DNA of 64,000 bases. It comes from Octopus sinensis (Eukaryota). Under the pieces are notes generated by a model that saw only the letters and a list, made by a program, of their open reading frames with translations, was not told where the DNA came from and ran no database searches. Below are positions 63,701 through 64,000 of the stretch, one piece after another. How positions within the stretch are numbered: the stretch's first letter is position 1; each line of letters starts with the position of its first letter. The position numbers were made by a program, and so were the translations under genes. The stretch lies in NCBI RefSeq assembly GCF_006345805.1, contig NC_042998.1, forward strand, positions 122,388,001 to 122,452,000, in the 5' to 3' direction.

Positions 63701-64000
63701 GAGATAGGGTAGAAGTAGCTACCCTAAATGAAACTTTAAAAATTTCAGGTCACTCCGATATTAAGAGGAGTGGGAAAGGTAGGCTGCTGCTGCTGATGAT
63801 GATGATGAGGATGATGATAAAATGTCCTTTATTCTTTTAATTGTTCAAAGTAAGTTGTAAGATTGTTGGATTGTTGCTGTTGAACTACTCTGAATCACTA
63901 TATAGACCCACACTCTTGTGTGGATTGACTTGCTAGAAATAGTAGCTAAATTCCCCTCAAAATGACACCCTGTCATGTTAAAAAAGAGAAGAGTTTATTG

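Noticed and set aside
1-64000. CRISPR arrays, rRNA genes, prokaryotic operons or defence systems
   Set aside because: No repeat-spacer arrays, rRNA motifs or gene-dense coding; the sequence is eukaryotic repeat-rich DNA

Overview
AT-rich, microsatellite-dense eukaryotic DNA, probably an octopus or other coleoid cephalopod (inferred from repeat content, not verified). It looks intronic or intergenic: no multi-exon protein-coding gene can be supported, and most ORF-track entries are microsatellite read-throughs. It is dominated by decayed mobile elements: a near full-length RTE LINE (22975-26400, -) plus many RTE 3' fragments, a Penelope-like element (12175-13538, -), three clear mariner remnants and one doubtful one, Tc1-type and piggyBac-type MITEs, and many copies of tRNA-derived SINEs (families labelled A, B and C here; the labels are mine). 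The four best observations are: (1) a type I hammerhead ribozyme with an intact catalytic core and palindromic helix III (36180-36271, -); (2) an exact 264-bp tandem duplication carrying a second, minimal hammerhead-like motif (62591-63118); (3) a 1.45-kb ORF1-only retroelement with a CCHC knuckle, inserted into a SINE with a 12-bp target-site duplication (59326-60779, -); (4) a pri-miRNA-like hairpin in unique DNA whose G-U pattern points to the - strand (10068-10159). Element boundaries were read by eye and are approximate unless a TIR or TSD is quoted.
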